Assembly: GCF_006345805.1 (NCBI RefSeq)
Contig: NW_021837035.1
Location: 1 to 64,000, forward strand
Direction: 5' to 3'
DNA length: 64,000 nt
Origin: Octopus sinensis
Taxonomy: Eukaryota
The position numbers and the translations under genes are program-made. Positions 62,181 to 64,000 of the stretch are shown here, one piece after another. Numbering within the stretch: position 1 is the stretch's first letter; every line of letters begins with the position of its first letter. The notes below the pieces were generated by a model. That model saw nothing but the letters and a program-made list of their open reading frames with translations. It searched no databases and was not told the origin of the DNA.

Positions 62181-62844
62181 TTTAAATATATATATATATG
62201 TATATATATATGGCACGTGTCTTCTATTATAGCTTCGGGTGGGCCAAAGACTTGTGAATAGATTTGGTAGACAGAAACTGAAAGAAGCCCTTCGTATATA
62301 TACATATGTTTGTGTGTGTATATATATGTATGTGTGTGTGTGCATATATGTATATGTAACCCAGTTCTTTAATCATTGACTATGCTAACTAATATCACCT
62401 TTGACACTAAGAATTCTTAGTGAAGAGAGTGGTTTTGGACATCCTGCAGAATGAAGGACAAAACCCACAAAACCAAAAGTTGTGGGCTAGTATCCCGGTG
62501 GGGTGCAAATATCAAGTGGTATATCCCAAGAGGCAAATCACATAGATAGGACTGTGGATACTAAACGTTTTCCCTGATGACACTCGCGTTTCATAAATGT
62601 TGCATAAAAGAGGGACAACTGCATAGGTTTTATGAAGAAAGTAGTACCTTTGTGTATATATTCTCAGGTAGATAAGACAGCGCTTATCAAAAGAGACGCA
62701 AGAAACTCCAACGTCAGAGATAAACAACATCAGTCGACGGAATACGTAAACATTTAACGATAGCAAAATATCCATGCTCTTTGCAATAAGCGACTCGACG
62801 AAAGTAAAAGTGGAGAAAAGTTACAGGTCTCCAAATCTGCTCAA

Positions 62845-63170
62845 ATAACATGGAAGCCGGAAGTAGATGTTTGTTGGAGAAGGCAAAAAGGATAACCTAA
62901 GTCAGGCTTACTGTTCCTTGGGAAGTAGAATGATTCGAAGCCTCTCAATGGAAGCTCCCCGGTTACTATAAACGTTGGCAAGATTACAGAGCGTATGCAC
63001 AGGAGGCATCGGAGTTGGTTTTGAGTGCAGAAGGTTTCCTACCTGATCAGTATGGGGAATAATTACAACTGTAATATTAGGACGAGAGATAAATGCGGCT
63101 GAGCGCTGGATAGATGCAGCAGAAAAGACCTCCGACTTCTTATGGAGCAAGAGAGAAGAGTTAAACTAGA
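62845..63170 (+). mobile_element. 3' fragment of a Hero/R2-like RLE non-LTR element
   Basis: Degenerate LTVPWE(S)RM, G.RGFP..SVW, AAEKTSDFLWSKRE: the RLE C-terminal pattern ELTVPWE / EVG.RGF / AAE.AS.WLW. Frameshifted. Confidence 0.5.
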
Positions 63171-63417
63171 CGTCAGGGCGAAATTATGGGCAGCGATTTA
63201 ACTAATGTCAATTTACCAAATGTAGGGTATAACAGTTCAGTCAAAATAGCCCGTGATTGTTATACGCTCTGATCCATTTCTTCTGGTCGAAGGAGAATGA
63301 AGGAAAAACATTTTTCCGATGCAGATAATCTCGTTTATATATGTGTGTACGTGTGCATGTGCATGTGTGCGTGTGTGTGACTATGTGTGTATGAGCACGC
63401 GCGCGTGTGTGTATATA

Positions 63418-63885
63418 CTAGGTGTAGGCAAAAATTATTCGACCTTTGGCCTAAAAACAAGTAATATTATAAAACTCACCATTTTGATTTAGTCCCCTTC
63501 AATGTATTCAACTTGGAAGTCTACTCACTTCTGCCAGCTTTCCTGCCACTGCTGGAAACATTTCTAAACATCACATTTTAGAATGCTGTAAAGCTGTTCC
63601 ATCGAATTTTGCTTAATGTCCTGTGTTGACTCAAATCTTCTTATGAATGTTTTTTTTAAACTTTGGGAATAGCCAGAAGTCGAACGGGGCCAAATCTGGG
63701 CAGTAGAAAGCCTGACGAACAAGTGGTGTGTTTTGCTTGAAGAGGAATGCTTGGACGACGTGGATGAATGAGCGGTTGCGTTGTCATTGTGGAATCGCTA
63801 CTCACGGATCGGGGCGTTTTTGCTGCACAGCTTCACGAAGACTCCCAGGTAGTATTCTTAGTTAATTGTCTGGCCACAACGTGGC
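63418..63885 (-). mobile_element. Second mariner, 3' half with one TIR (different family from 1214-2463)
   Basis: Minus strand: GQTI(N)KEYYLGV..REAVQQKRPD, HNDNATAHSS, YCPDLAPFDFWLFPK, CFQQWQESWQK*VDFQVEYIEGD*. Then a TIR-like end CTAGGTGTAGGCAAAAATTATTCGACC flanked by TA. Confidence 0.85.
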
Positions 63886-64000
63886 CCACTGTCCACTGAG
63901 GTGTGGTAGTCTTGGAACCTGCTGTACCACTCCTTTATTTGTGTGTTTGTATACGTAAATATATGAATATACTTATATATGTATATATTTATATATGTAT

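Overview
AT-rich, microsatellite-saturated eukaryotic genomic DNA, intergenic or intronic. No host protein-coding exon, rRNA, tRNA gene or CRISPR array could be supported. The SINE families look like those I recall from octopus (coleoid cephalopod) genomes; this assignment is an inference. Almost all ORFs in the supplied track are translations of (TA)n/(TG)n/(TAA)n/(GAA)n repeats. The real content is a transposon graveyard: (1) a terminally intact 5.4-kb Helitron (50031-55419, minus) whose decayed RepHel ORF begins with ten consecutive 23-aa STPR-like repeats and has lost its catalytic-tyrosine region by internal deletion; (2) a full-length 1250-bp mariner with both TIRs and TA flanks, a second mariner 3' half and a Tigger-like MITE; (3) at least 8 R4/Dong-clade (RT + RLE) LINE pieces stacked head-to-tail in (TAA)n tracts; (4) RTE, Tx1/L1-like, Hero-like, CRE-like and probably Penelope-like fragments; (5) about 15 tRNA-derived SINE copies with shuffled head/tail modules. 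Structure not explained by ordinary annotation: a ~0.9-kb-arm inverted duplication (24546-27535) whose spacer contains a near-canonical type I hammerhead ribozyme core, further hammerhead-like relics, an identical 57-bp duplicate 2.3 kb apart, and a 61-bp palindrome. Some frameshifts in homopolymers or microsatellites could be sequencing or assembly errors. All alignments and translations outside the ORF track were done by eye.
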